The notes beneath the pieces were generated by a model, which saw only the letters and a list, made by a program, of their open reading frames with translations, had not been told where the DNA came from and ran no database searches. Below, in pieces: positions 32,403 through 42,974 of a stretch of 64,000 bases of DNA. The DNA comes from Acidobacteriota bacterium (lineage in GTDB: Bacteria; Acidobacteriota; UBA890; WLXD01), in contig CBDBHB010000007.1 in assembly GCA_965205505.1 (NCBI GenBank), forward strand, positions 96,001 through 160,000, in the 5' to 3' direction. Every line of letters starts with the position of its first letter. Position 1 is the stretch's first letter. The position numbers and the translations under genes are program-made.

Positions 32403-34143
32403 TCAGTCAGGTCTGCCCGGCCCATAGATCGCTCGGCCGGGGAGGGCGCCGGTGTGTTCACCGTCGCGCAGCACCTGCTCGCCGTTGACGAAGACGTGCA
32501 CCATTCCCGTAGCGTACTGATGGGGCTGCTCGTAGGTGGCGTGGTCGGCGATGGTGTGAGGATCGAAGATTGCCAGGTCGGCGAAGTAGCCTTCCCGGAG
32601 CCGGCCGCGGTCGGCGACTCCGAGGTTCTCACTCGGTAGTGCCGAGAGCTTACGTACGGCCTCTTCGAGCGGAATCACACCGCGGTCGCGGACGTAACGT
32701 CCGAGAAGCCGCGAGAAGTTGCCGTACGCCCGCGGGTGGGTGCTGGTGAGCACGAACCGCCCTTCGGTTGCCAGCGAGCCGGCGTCGGAGCCGAACGATA
32801 CCCAGGGCAGAGCGATCTGCTTCTCGATGTTGTCCTCCGACATCAGGAAGTAGACGACCTGCACGCGCGTGCCGTCCTCGATCACCAGGTCGATCGCCGT
32901 GTCGGCGGGATGCTGGCCGCGCTCGGCGGCAACTACGGCAAGCGTCTTGCCGGTGTACCGCTGGCGCAGCCCGGCGTTGCGGAAGCCGACCAGCAGCGTA
33001 CCCTCAGCGCCCGGCGGCCAGCAAGAGGTTCTCCCACTGGTCGGTCGGTGTGGTCATCTCCTCTTTGACCCGCGCGCGAATGTCAGGGTCTCCTAGCCGC
33101 CGCGTCCATTCGGCGTATCCGCCCTCCTGCACCCACGGTGGCATCGCCGCGTCGAGGCCGGTCGAGCCGGCGGTGTAGGTGTACATGTCGGCGGTAATCG
33201 CCAGGCCCTCGGAGCGCGCCGCCTGCACCCGGGAGATGACGTCGTCCATCTTCGACCAGTTTTCCTGACCGCCGGCCTTGAGGTGGTAGATTTCCGCCGC
33301 CACACTGGCCTCGCGGGCCACGGTGATGAGCTCGTCGACGGCCTCGACGAGGCGATTTCCCTCGGAGCGCATATGTGAAATGTACATGCCGCCGAATTCT
33401 CCGGCGGCGGTGCTGATGGCGATCAGCTCATCAGTGTCAGCGTAGAACGCCGGCGCGTAGATGAGCGATGAGCCCACCCCCATCGCGCCCTCGCGCATCG
33501 CCGCGCGAGCCAGATCCTGCATCCGGGCGAGCTCTTCCGCGGTTGGCGGGCGGTCCTCATAGCCGAGCTCATGAACCCGCAGGGTCGTGGCGCCGACGAA
33601 CGAGGCGACGTTCGGTGCGACGCCCCTGCTCTCCAGGAAGGCCAAATACTCCACGAGCGTTGTCCAGGGGACATTTACCGTTGATTCGGCGGCGAGCCCG
33701 AGCATTTCGCGCAGCGCCGCCTCGCCCCCCGCATCGGCGACCCAGTTGGCGACGATATCGATCTTCATGACGTCGTTGAGCGGCCCGTACGACGATCCCT
33801 CGCCGAACACCTCGAGCGTTACACCCTGCCGGATGTCGCCCTGCGAACGGCCGTCGACGATGAGCGAGTCGGTCGCCCAGCTCAGCATGTTGACGAAGCC
33901 GGGTGCCACCGCCAGGCCGGCGACGTCGATTTCCTCATCGCCGACGGCGCTACCGAGGTCGCCGATCGCGACAATGCGGTCGGCAGTAATGGCGAGGTCG
34001 CCGAGGAACGGCGGCCCGCCGCTGCCGTCGTAGATGCTGCCGCCACGCAGGACGATGTCGTACGAGATCGGTGGCGTGCTGGTGCACGCAAACGGCAGCA
34101 GGGCTGCGAGCAACAGAGTCGGGGCGATGCGGACTCCAGACAT
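32403..34143 (-). CDS. N-acyl-D-amino acid deacylase family lipoprotein, frameshifted near 33010
   Basis: APGFVNMLSW, QGVTLEVFGEG, SHMRSEG, then GSDAG, HPRAYGNF, ADLAIFDP in a second frame. Confidence 0.85.
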
Positions 34144-34260
34144 AGCGGTCTCCTGCGGGCGCTCGATCGGCGTGTGGTGGCTGCGTCCGGTAGCTTACGA
34201 TGGGCGGTCACAGCGGGCGCTCGGTTCAGTCGTGGCCCCCGCGAAGACGAGGAATCAGGA

Positions 34261-35109
34261 GTGACCCGCAAGTCACGCCACTCGGCCAGTTCACCATCCG
34301 AGTCAACCGAGCGCACCGAGGCCGACAAGGCCGACAAGCACGCCCTGTACGAGCGTGCCGTGCAGGAGCCGGAGGCGGATGTCGATTTCGCGATCGACGC
34401 GTTCCGCAGTGAGTTCGGGCGCCGCGCGTATCGCCTGCGCGAGGACTTCTGCGGGACCGCAGCAGTCTGCCGTGATTGGGTGCTGGCCCACAGGAAGAAC
34501 CAGGCCTGGGGAGTCGATCTGAATCGCGAGACGTTGGCCTGGGGACAGGCGAAAAACCTCGACCCGTTGCTCAAGAAGCCACGGCGGCGGGTGACCCTGG
34601 TCGAAGGTGACGTGCGCACCGCGCGCACGCCGCCGGTCGACGTCGTCATGGCGTGCAATTTCTCGCACTTCTTGTTCACCGAACGCGCCGCCCTCTTGCG
34701 CTATCTGCGGGCCGCGCGCCGCAACCTCGATCACGAAGGACTGTTGATCCTGGATGCCTACGGCGGTCCGGAATCGGTGCGTCGCGTCGAGGACGAGACC
34801 GAGCATGACGACTTCAGCTACATCTGGGATCAGGACGACTTCGATCCCATAAGCCGGATGGCGACCTGCTACATCCACTTCACGTTTAACGACGGCAGTG
34901 CCTTGCGTCGCGCCTTCACCTATCGCTGGCGCATGTACAGCATTCCGGAGATCCGGGATGCGCTCGCCGACGCAGGCTTCGCGTCGTCGACGGTGTACTG
35001 GGAAGGCACCGATGCGAAGACCGGGGAGGGCGACGGTGTCTACACGCCCCAGGAAAGCGCCGAGCCCGATGAGGCCTGGGTTTGCTACATCGTCGCGGCG
35101 AAACGCTGA
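34261..35109 (+). CDS. Class I SAM-dependent methyltransferase
   Basis: LYERAVQEP, LREDFCGTA, GVDL, EGDV, YIWDQ. Confidence 0.85.
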   Translation: MTRKSRHSASSPSESTERTEADKADKHALYERAVQEPEADVDFAIDAFRSEFGRRAYRLREDFCGTAAVCRDWVLAHRKNQAWGVDLNRETLAWGQAKNLDPLLKKPRRRVTLVEGDVRTARTPPVDVVMACNFSHFLFTERAALLRYLRAARRNLDHEGLLILDAYGGPESVRRVEDETEHDDFSYIWDQDDFDPISRMATCYIHFTFNDGSALRRAFTYRWRMYSIPEIRDALADAGFASSTVYWEGTDAKTGEGDGVYTPQESAEPDEAWVCYIVAAKR

Positions 35110-35134
35110 GACGATCGCAGTTCGTGCGTTTCAA

Positions 35135-35156
35135 AGTGATATTAGTTTGATACACT
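35135..35156. promoter_or_regulatory. Putative operator for the downstream RHH protein
   Basis: AGTGATATTAGTTTGATACACT: two TGATA half-sites 11 bp apart, AT-rich, ~100 bp upstream of SPFH gene. Confidence 0.5.
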
Positions 35157-35255
35157 GATCTCGATCGAGGTCGGAGACACCAAAGCCCGGCGCCGAGGCA
35201 GCCGCCCCATAGGCGAGCGCCCCACCAGCGACCTCCAAGAGAACAGGAGCGACGG

Positions 35256-36146
35256 ATGATGCGCGAGATCGAACACAAGTCGATGAGCGGCTTCGTAATG
35301 CTGTTCGTATTGCTGGCGGCGCTCGTAGGAGTGGGCTGGATGATCGTGGCGACGCTCCGCGACCTGGCACAGCTCGGCGGGAGCGCCGGCCGCCTCGGGT
35401 GGCTCGTCGGGCTGGTCGTTGCCTTGGTCGCCGATCTGGTGATGCTGGCAGGCGTGTTCACCGTCGCCCCGAACGAGGGCAGAGTGCTGCAGCTCTTCGG
35501 TCGCTATGTGGGAACGGCCAAGGAGCCCGGACTGCGGTGGGCCAATCCGTTCTTGACCAAGAAGAGGGTGTCGCTGCGGGTGCGCAATTTCGAGACCGGC
35601 AAGCTCAAGGTCAACGACAAGCGGGGCAACCCGATCGAATTCGCGTCGGTGGTGGTCTGGAAGGTGGTCGACACTGCCGAGGCCGTGTTCCTGGTCGACG
35701 ACTTCAAGCACTACGTGCATGTGCAGCGCGAGGCGGCTGGACGGGCCCTGGCCACGGGCTACCCATACGACGTGTTCGAGGAAGGTGAGGTGTCGCTCGT
35801 GTCGCACACCGCTGAGATCAGCGACAAGCTCAAGATCGAGATCCAGGACCGTCTCGAAAGGGCGGGGGTCGAGGTAATCGAAGCTCGTATCAGCCACCTG
35901 GCGTACTCGCCAGAGATCGTGAGCGCCATGCTGCAGCGCCAGCAGGCCGCGGCGGTGATCGCGGCGCGCAAGCAGATCGTCCGGGGCGCCGTCGGCATGG
36001 TGGAGGACGCGCTGACCCAGCTTTCTGAACACAGCATCGTGGAGCTCGACGACGAGCGCCGTGCCCAGATGGTCAGCAACCTGCTGGTGGTGCTGACGAG
36101 TGAGTCGCGACCGCAGCCGGTGGTGAACGCGGGCAGCCTTTACTAG
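35256..36146 (+). CDS. SPFH/Band 7 domain protein
   Basis: [44 protein letters not shown]. Confidence 0.93.
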   Translation: MMREIEHKSMSGFVMLFVLLAALVGVGWMIVATLRDLAQLGGSAGRLGWLVGLVVALVADLVMLAGVFTVAPNEGRVLQLFGRYVGTAKEPGLRWANPFLTKKRVSLRVRNFETGKLKVNDKRGNPIEFASVVVWKVVDTAEAVFLVDDFKHYVHVQREAAGRALATGYPYDVFEEGEVSLVSHTAEISDKLKIEIQDRLERAGVEVIEARISHLAYSPEIVSAMLQRQQAAAVIAARKQIVRGAVGMVEDALTQLSEHSIVELDDERRAQMVSNLLVVLTSESRPQPVVNAGSLY

Positions 36147-36229
36147 ACGCGGCGCAAGGCGCTGCGTATGTGATTCGGCAGCAGACAGCGGGACGCCGTA
36201 GGGCGTTCCGCCGAGGCGAGCAAGGACGG

Positions 36230-36424
36230 GTGGCAGAGCGCAAAGCGGTCCTGATCCGGCTTGATCCCAAGGTCCACGCATCGCTGCGGCGGTGGGCCGA
36301 CGACGAGCTGCGATCGTTCACCGCGCAGGTAGAGTACGTGTTGCGGCGCGCTTTGCGCGGCGCCGGGCGTATGGGCTCCGACGGATCGGAAGACAACGCC
36401 ACGAGCGAGCCCACGGAGCCGTGA
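36230..36424 (+). CDS. Arc/ribbon-helix-helix small DNA-binding protein
   Basis: MAERKAVLIRLDPKVHASLRRWADDELRS...VEYVLRRAL; AAGGA RBS; follows SPFH gene. Confidence 0.82.
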   Translation: MAERKAVLIRLDPKVHASLRRWADDELRSFTAQVEYVLRRALRGAGRMGSDGSEDNATSEPTEP

Positions 36425-36561
36425 CCCCGCCGGGCTCGGCGCGCCCTCTCACCCCGGAGGATCGACTGCGATACTTTGAAGGGATCCTCGGTCCTATGTA
36501 GCCGCGCGATTCTAGTCGCGCGACCGCCAGCCGCCGCCGCCGCCGCCTTCCCAGCACACTC

Positions 36562-38001
36562 ATGACCGAACAGCAGCGTTTCACCTGCGACTGGCTGTGG
36601 AACCAGCTCGTCGTGCTCTCCGACGGCAAGGTCGTTTGCGGCTGCGCCGATCCACACGGTGAGCGGCCGCTCGGTGATCTCAACAAGCAGACACTGCACG
36701 ATATCTGGAACGCACCGCACGTCAGAAACATCCGCCGCCAGCTGAACCAGGGCTACGCGCCGTTCTGCAAACCATGCGGTCTCAAGACCATGGTCGACGA
36801 GGACTACGAGATTCCGCAGCGACCAGAGCACGTCGAGACGCTGCCGCGGATCTTCCTGGAGCCCGCCGTCGGCTGCAACATCTCGTGCTTGGAGGCGGTG
36901 TGCAATCAGACCTCGAAGATTGTTCAGACACGCTCACAACGCCTGATGGGCTGGGAGGATTTCAAGCGTATTGTCGATTCAGTCGGCGACGAGCTCGTAC
37001 GGCTCGACTTCTTCAACTATGGCGAGTCGTTCGTGCACCCGAAGTCGGTCGACATGATGGAGTACATCAAGGCGACCTACCCGAACGTGTTTCTCTACAT
37101 CAGCACTAACGGCCTGCTGCTCACCGATGACAGGATGGAGCGCCTGGTGAAGGCTGGGGTCGACGAGATCACCTTCTCGGTCGACGGGCCCGACCACGAC
37201 ACGTACGTGAAATATCGCGTCAAGGGTGACTTCGACAAGGTGTTCGGCATCATGCGCCGGTTCGTCGAGATACGGGACTCGCAAGGGGCGCAGCTCCCGT
37301 TCCTCAACTGGCGCTACATCATCTTCAATTGGAACGACTCCGACGAGTAGATGCGCCGCACGCGCGAGCTAGCCGCCGAAATCGGCATCGATAAGCTCGT
37401 CTGGGAGATCACCAACCATCCCCCGGTGGCGGTGAGCGAGAAGTACCAACCGGGAACGGCGGCGTGGCACGAGATCTACCACGAGATCTGGGATACGAGC
37501 CAAACTTGCAACGCCATCGACGGAAAGCGCCTGCTGGCCGATATCTCCTTCGAGAGCGAAGGCGCTTGGGAGGGCCGTGTCACGGACCCCACCATGTTGA
37601 CGGTACACGTGGAGAACACCGGAGGCGCGCTGTGGCGGTGTGCGGCACACGGGTGGCGGCGAACCGTTCGCCTCGGTGCCCAGCTGCACGATGGCAACCG
37701 CAACATGATCGATCGCGACTACGCGCGCGCCTTCTTACCGCACGATCTGGCCGGCAACGCGGCGGTGGACATCGACATCGAGCTGCCAGCGCTCGAAACT
37801 CCCGGTGACTACACACTGAAGTTCGACATGGCGTGTGAGGGTATCGACTGGTTCGAGTCGGGCGGCTCGCCGGTGGCCTGGGGCGACCTGGTCGTGGCGG
37901 CGGCTACCGATCCGACCAATGGCCCACCCGCCGCACTCGCGCCGAGCACTCGGCTTCTGGCCGGCGCGCGAAACCTCGGCCGACGACTGACCGGCCATTA
38001 G
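36562..38001 (+). CDS. SPASM + radical SAM + Ig-like protein interrupted by in-frame TAG at 37348-37350
   Basis: N-terminal C...DGKVVCGC...LGDL...IWN...CKPC; CNISCLEAVC; NYGESF, STNG, FSVDG; same frame resumes at 37351. Confidence 0.8.
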
Positions 38002-38037
38002 GGAAGGGTGCCCGGCGAACAGGGCGCCTGCTGGCCG

Positions 38038-38136
38038 ATGCGGGCGATGCGGCTGGCGGCTTATGGTCTGCGGCACGGCGATACGGTCAGCGCGTCCGAC
38101 CATCTGCCGCTGGTCGCCGACTTCGCCATGCGCTAG
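38038..38136 (+). pseudogene. C-terminal remnant of an EEP-family (endo/exonuclease/phosphatase) gene
   Basis: Translates LAAYGLRHGDTVSASDHLPLVADFAMR*; SDH-P motif with no upstream gene body. Confidence 0.6.
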
Positions 38137-38208
38137 CGCGCAATAGCGGCGGCTGAGGAGAGGACGACGAACGGGGCGCGCACGTCTGGTTGGACGCGCA
38201 CGCGACAC

Positions 38209-39801
38209 TCAACGCAAGCGGTACCGCTGGATCTTGCCGGTGGTGGTCTTGGGCAACTCGTCGACGAACTCGATCCAGCGCGGGTACTTGTAGGGCGCGA
38301 TCGTGTCTCTCACGAACGCCTTGAGCTCCTCGGCCAAGCTATCGCTGGCGGTGACACCGCTGCGCAACACCACGAAAGCCTTGGGCTTCACCAGGCGCGA
38401 GTCGTTCTCGGCACCCACCACGGCGGTCTCGAGAACCGCGTCGTGTTCGAGGAGAGCAGCCTCGACCTCGAACGGTGACACCCAGATTCCCCCTACCTTC
38501 AGCATGTCGTCGGTACGCCCCTGGTACCAGTAGAATTCGTCGACGTCGACGATGTACTTGTCGCCGGTGCGAATCCAGGCGCCTTGGATAGTGGCCTTGG
38601 TCTGCTCGTGACGGTTCCAATAGAACGCGCAGGTAGAGTCGCCTTTGATGAGCAGGTCACCGATCTCGCCCGGCGGTACCGGCTCGCCACTGTCGTCGAC
38701 GATACGTGCCTCGTAGCCCGGAACCACCTGGCCGCTGGAGCCCGGTTTTACCGCGCCGGGTCGATTGGCGATGAACATGTGAAGGACCTCGGTCGAGCCG
38801 ATACTGTCGAGGATCTCGTGCCCGTAGCGCTGCCGCCAACGCTCGTACAGTGCCGCCGGCAGTGCCTCGCCGGCCGAAACGCAAGCCCGCAGGCTCGACA
38901 GTGCCTGGCGCGCCGGCGCGTCCGGGTAGGCCAGCAGGCCAGCGTAGCCGGTGGGAACCGAGCTGAAGACACTGGGGCGGTACTGTTGCAGCACCTCGAA
39001 GACCGCGGCCGGCCCGGGGTGCCCGGGATAGAGAACGGTCGAGGCGCCGAAACGGAACGGAAAATATAGTGCGTTGCCCAGACCGTAGGCGAAGAACAGC
39101 TTCGCCACCGAGAAGGTGATGTCGGTTTCCGACATCGCCAGCAATTGCCGCGCGTAGGTGTCGGCGCAGACCAGCATGTCGTGCTGCAGGTGAACGGTGC
39201 CCTTCGGGAAACCCGTTGTGCCTGAGGAGTAAAGCCACAGGCACGGGTCATCCTTGCTCATCTCTTCGGCATCGAGTTCTGACGGGGCCGCGGTGCACAG
39301 CTCCGCCAGCGAGTGCACCGCGATCGAGGCGCTCGCGGCCGGCAACTCCGGCGCGTCGCCATCCGGCCCGTGCGCAACGACCAGGTGCCGCAGGTAACGT
39401 AGCCGGTCGCGGATCGGCTCGATGGTGCTGAGCAACGGTGCCGATACGATCAGCACGCGGGCGCGCGAATCGTTCAGCAGATATTCGCAGTCGGCGGGGG
39501 TGAGCAGCGTATTGGTGGGAATCGGCACGGCGCCGATCTTGATTGCGCCGAAGAACGAGTACGCGAAGTCCGGGCTGTCGAGCAACAGCAACATCACGCG
39601 CTGCTCGAGATCGAGGCCGAGGTCTCGGAGCGCGTTGCCGGCCCGATTCACGCCCGTCAGCACCTCGGCGTAGGTGTGGGTACTGCCATCGGGGACGTAG
39701 TGGATTGCCACCTTGTCGCCGCGCCCGGCCTCGACGTTGGCGTCGACGAAATCAGACGCTGCGTTCATGCGGTCAGGAATCTCGATCATGGTTGCCTGCA
39801 T
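38209..39801 (-). CDS. Benzoate-CoA ligase family protein
   Basis: WLYSSGTTGFPKG, SVAKLFFAYGLGN, IGSTEVLHMF, DDMLKVGGIWVSP, LPKTTTGKIQRY. Confidence 0.92.
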   Translation of the reverse strand: MQATMIEIPDRMNAASDFVDANVEAGRGDKVAIHYVPDGSTHTYAEVLTGVNRAGNALRDLGLDLEQRVMLLLLDSPDFAYSFFGAIKIGAVPIPTNTLLTPADCEYLLNDSRARVLIVSAPLLSTIEPIRDRLRYLRHLVVAHGPDGDAPELPAASASIAVHSLAELCTAAPSELDAEEMSKDDPCLWLYSSGTTGFPKGTVHLQHDMLVCADTYARQLLAMSETDITFSVAKLFFAYGLGNALYFPFRFGASTVLYPGHPGPAAVFEVLQQYRPSVFSSVPTGYAGLLAYPDAPARQALSSLRACVSAGEALPAALYERWRQRYGHEILDSIGSTEVLHMFIANRPGAVKPGSSGQVVPGYEARIVDDSGEPVPPGEIGDLLIKGDSTCAFYWNRHEQTKATIQGAWIRTGDKYIVDVDEFYWYQGRTDDMLKVGGIWVSPFEVEAALLEHDAVLETAVVGAENDSRLVKPKAFVVLRSGVTASDSLAEELKAFVRDTIAPYKYPRWIEFVDELPKTTTGKIQRYRLR

Positions 39802-39822
39802 TGCGAATCACACCTTTTGGGT

Positions 39823-39839
39823 GTGAACCTTTCGTGACA
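39823..39839 (+). promoter_or_regulatory. Two 11-bp-spaced GTGA boxes upstream of response regulator
   Basis: GTGAAC at 39823 and GTGACA at 39834. Confidence 0.5.
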
Positions 39840-39893
39840 AGTCCAATCTATCCTGCAATAAGGGCAGCGAACTGTCCTGCGGGGAACGAAAGC

Positions 39894-40604
39894 ATGCAAC
39901 ACATCTTGGTGGTGGAGGACGAGCCGGACATCGCACGGCTTATCGATCTTCACTTGTCGGACGCTGGATTCGATGTCGATGTCGAGCATACGGCTCGTGG
40001 CGGCCTCGAGAGAGCGCGTAGAAACGGCCACGATCTCGTGATCCTCGACCTCATGCTGCCGGACGGCGACGGGTTGGACATTTGCCGAGCGCTGCGGGCG
40101 AGCGCCGACTACACGCCGATCCTCATCCTTACCGCCAGGTCCACGGAGCTCGACCGCGTCGTCGGGCTCGAAGTGGGCGCCGACGACTACCTAGTAAAGC
40201 CCTTCGCAGTGCGCGAGTTGGTGGCACGTGTGAAGGCGATCCTATGCCGCGTCGAGCTCTCCACCGGAGTTGCGCAGCGGAGCATCTCGAGGCTGGAAAT
40301 CGAAGGGCTGGTTATCGAGCCGGAGAAGCGCGGCGTCACCGTCAACTCGAAGCCGGTGGAGCTGACCGTCACGGAGTTCGATTTGCTCGTGCAGCTAGCG
40401 ACGAACCCCGGGCGTGTATACACGCGGGCGCAGCTCCTGGATCTGGTGTGGGGAGTCGCCAGCGATTCGTACGAGCACACCGTCAATGCTCATGTCAATC
40501 GGCTGCGCGCCAAGATTGAACCAGATCCGGCGCACCCGTTCTACGTTCGCACGGTTTGGGGTGTGGGCTATAGGTTCGTCGATCCCACCGCACGGGAGTT
40601 CTGA
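39894..40604 (+). CDS. OmpR-family response regulator
   Basis: ILVVEDE, LDLMLP, GADDYLVKPF, winged helix VRTVWGVGYRF. Confidence 0.95.
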   Translation: MQHILVVEDEPDIARLIDLHLSDAGFDVDVEHTARGGLERARRNGHDLVILDLMLPDGDGLDICRALRASADYTPILILTARSTELDRVVGLEVGADDYLVKPFAVRELVARVKAILCRVELSTGVAQRSISRLEIEGLVIEPEKRGVTVNSKPVELTVTEFDLLVQLATNPGRVYTRAQLLDLVWGVASDSYEHTVNAHVNRLRAKIEPDPAHPFYVRTVWGVGYRFVDPTAREF

Positions 40605-42094
40605 TGCACAACCTCCATACGAAGCTGTCTTTGGCCCTGTTGGCGGTCCTGGCGGTGGCTTCCGTCGGGCTGGCGGTGGTGTTGACGCGCGCCAGTCAGA
40701 TGTACCAACAGGAGGTGCAACAACAGCTCAACGACGAGCTGGCGGACCACATTGTCGAGCAGTACGAGCTCATACGGGCAGACAGCGTTGCCGAGGACGC
40801 GCTCGCCGACCTGTTCAGCTTGCTGATGGTCATCAACCCCAGCATTGAAGTGTACTTGCTCGACCCGGAGGGCCGCATCATCGCCGATGCGGCGCCCGAG
40901 GGCCGGATACGCCGCGAGCGCGTCTCGCTCGTGCCGGTGCAGCAATTGCTGCAGGGGAGCACGCGATTCCCCATCTTCGGCGATGATCCCCGCGATCCCC
41001 GCGGCAGCAAGGTATTCTCGACGGCGCGTATCCTGAGCGAAGGTCGGCTGCAAGGGTATCTCTACGTCGTGCAGGGCGGCGAGGCGTACGATAGCGCCGC
41101 CGCGATGCTCGCTAGCAGCTACATCGTTCGCCTGAGCGCCTGGCTTGGTGCGGGTATTCTCCTCCTGACGTTGCTCGCCGCTGGGTTCCTCTTTCGCCGG
41201 CTGACGCGACCGTTGAGCGCTCTGGACGCCGAAATAGCTCAGTTCGAGCTCACAGAGCTGAGCCCGCTGCATCCGGCCCACGCCGCCGGTGGCGACGAAG
41301 TACAATGTCTACAAGCGTCGTTTACCCGCCTGGCGCAGCGACTGCGACAGCAGCTAGACGAGCTGGAGCGCACCGATCGGCTGCGGCGCGAGCTGGTGGC
41401 GAGCGTGTCACATGACTTGCGCACACCGCTTACCCATCTGCAGGGTTATCTCGAAACGCTGCAGCTAAAAGACGACTCGCTGCAGCCGGCCGAGCGCGCC
41501 GAGTATCTGCGGATCGCGGTGGACCATTGCGACCGCCTGGCCCGCCTGATCGACGATCTGTTCGAGCTCGCCAAGCTCGAGGCATTGCGGGTGCCGATCG
41601 AGACCGAGCGCTTCTCGGTGGTCGAGCTAGCGCGTGACGTCGTCGACAAGTTCCAGCTCACCGCCCGGCAACGAGGTATCCAGCTCTCCGTTGCCGACGC
41701 CCCACGCAGATGCCACGTCGAGGCCAACCCCGGTCTGATCGAGCGCACGCTCGAGAACCTCATAGCGAACGCCCTACAACATACCGACAGCGGCGGCGTG
41801 ATCGATGTGGTTCCTCGGCGTCGGTCGCAGGCCGTGCAAGTCGAGGTCCGGGATACCGGCCGAGGGATATCCGAGGCCGATCAGCAACGTGTCTTCGAAC
41901 GCTTCTTCCGCACTTCGGGCGATCGAAAGTCCGATTCCGGCACCGGGTTGGGTCTGGCGATCGCCAAGCGGGCGGTCGAGTTGCACGGCGGCAGCATCAG
42001 CGTGCACAGCGTGCCCGGACAAGGCAGCGTCTTGGGCTTCGAGCTGCCGCACGCTGATGTGTCGGCCGCCGACGCGGGCGTGGCACCAACGTAG
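40604..42094 (+). CDS. Sensor histidine kinase (2 TM, HAMP, HisKA, HATPase)
   Basis: VSHDLRTPLT, ENLIANA, DTGRGI, GTGLGLAI. Confidence 0.95.
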   Translation: MHNLHTKLSLALLAVLAVASVGLAVVLTRASQMYQQEVQQQLNDELADHIVEQYELIRADSVAEDALADLFSLLMVINPSIEVYLLDPEGRIIADAAPEGRIRRERVSLVPVQQLLQGSTRFPIFGDDPRDPRGSKVFSTARILSEGRLQGYLYVVQGGEAYDSAAAMLASSYIVRLSAWLGAGILLLTLLAAGFLFRRLTRPLSALDAEIAQFELTELSPLHPAHAAGGDEVQCLQASFTRLAQRLRQQLDELERTDRLRRELVASVSHDLRTPLTHLQGYLETLQLKDDSLQPAERAEYLRIAVDHCDRLARLIDDLFELAKLEALRVPIETERFSVVELARDVVDKFQLTARQRGIQLSVADAPRRCHVEANPGLIERTLENLIANALQHTDSGGVIDVVPRRRSQAVQVEVRDTGRGISEADQQRVFERFFRTSGDRKSDSGTGLGLAIAKRAVELHGGSISVHSVPGQGSVLGFELPHADVSAADAGVAPT

Positions 42095-42121
42095 TAACGG
42101 GCGCCACAGTCAGGCACCAGC

Positions 42122-42160
42122 GTGACCGAATTGTGCACATCGTGTGACCAGTGCGTGAAC
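42122..42160 (+). promoter_or_regulatory. Four phased direct repeats (OmpR-type binding site)
   Basis: GTGACC/GTGCAC/GTGACC/GTGAAC at 42122, 42133, 42144, 42155 (exact 11-bp period). Confidence 0.65.
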
Positions 42161-42237
42161 AACGCAGTGCAGGGTGAGCACACGAGTCAGGCGAGCTGCC
42201 TGGTGCCGTTACCGCTTTGTCGCATGGAGGATCACCA

Positions 42238-42882
42238 ATGCGCCGTTTCGTCTTCACCGCCGTAGGTTGTGCCGTAGCGCTGTTGCTGCCTGCCGCGGCC
42301 ATCGCGCAAACCTACGAGATCCGCATCACGAACCTGACCCGCGGGCAGATCATGAGCCCCCCGGTGATTGCCGCGCACTCGCCAGGTTCCCGCATGTTCC
42401 TGCCTGGAAGCCGCGCCTCCGATGACATCGCGGCGGTCGCCGAAGACGCCGATAACAGCGGCCTGGTGAGCACACTGTCGGCCGACCCGGAGGTGGGTGG
42501 CATGGCGGTTGGCGACGGGGTTATTCTGCCGGGCAAGACAGGTACGTACACGATCGATTCCGGCGGAGCCACGCGGCTGAGCATCGTCAGCATGTTGGTG
42601 ATCACTAACGACGCGTTCCTCGGCCTAGACAGCTACGACCTGGGATCGGTCGACTCCCGCACCGTCGTCTGGGTGCCGGCGTACGATTCCGGCAGCGAGG
42701 ACAACAACGAGGATTGCGGCTTCATCCCGGGACCGCCGTGCGGCAGCGGCGGGGTTCGCGACACCAGGGGCGCCGAGAAGTTCATCCACATCCACTCGGG
42801 CGTGGTCGGCGACGATGACCTGGCGAAGGCCACCTACGACTGGAGGAATCCGGTAGCACGAATCGTCATCATTCCAAGCTGA
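42238..42882 (+). CDS. Secreted spondin-domain protein
   Basis: Signal peptide; ITNLTRGQIMSP, SMLVITNDAF, YDSGSE, IPGPPC, WRNPVA. Confidence 0.85.
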   Translation: MRRFVFTAVGCAVALLLPAAAIAQTYEIRITNLTRGQIMSPPVIAAHSPGSRMFLPGSRASDDIAAVAEDADNSGLVSTLSADPEVGGMAVGDGVILPGKTGTYTIDSGGATRLSIVSMLVITNDAFLGLDSYDLGSVDSRTVVWVPAYDSGSEDNNEDCGFIPGPPCGSGGVRDTRGAEKFIHIHSGVVGDDDLAKATYDWRNPVARIVIIPS

Positions 42883-42974
42883 TGCCGGGGTGGCGCCTGC
42901 GGGGAGATCGCCTCGCGGGCGCAAGATCCGCGCAACTAATCTCCGGCAAGTGCTCACCTCCGGGCAAGGTTGCG

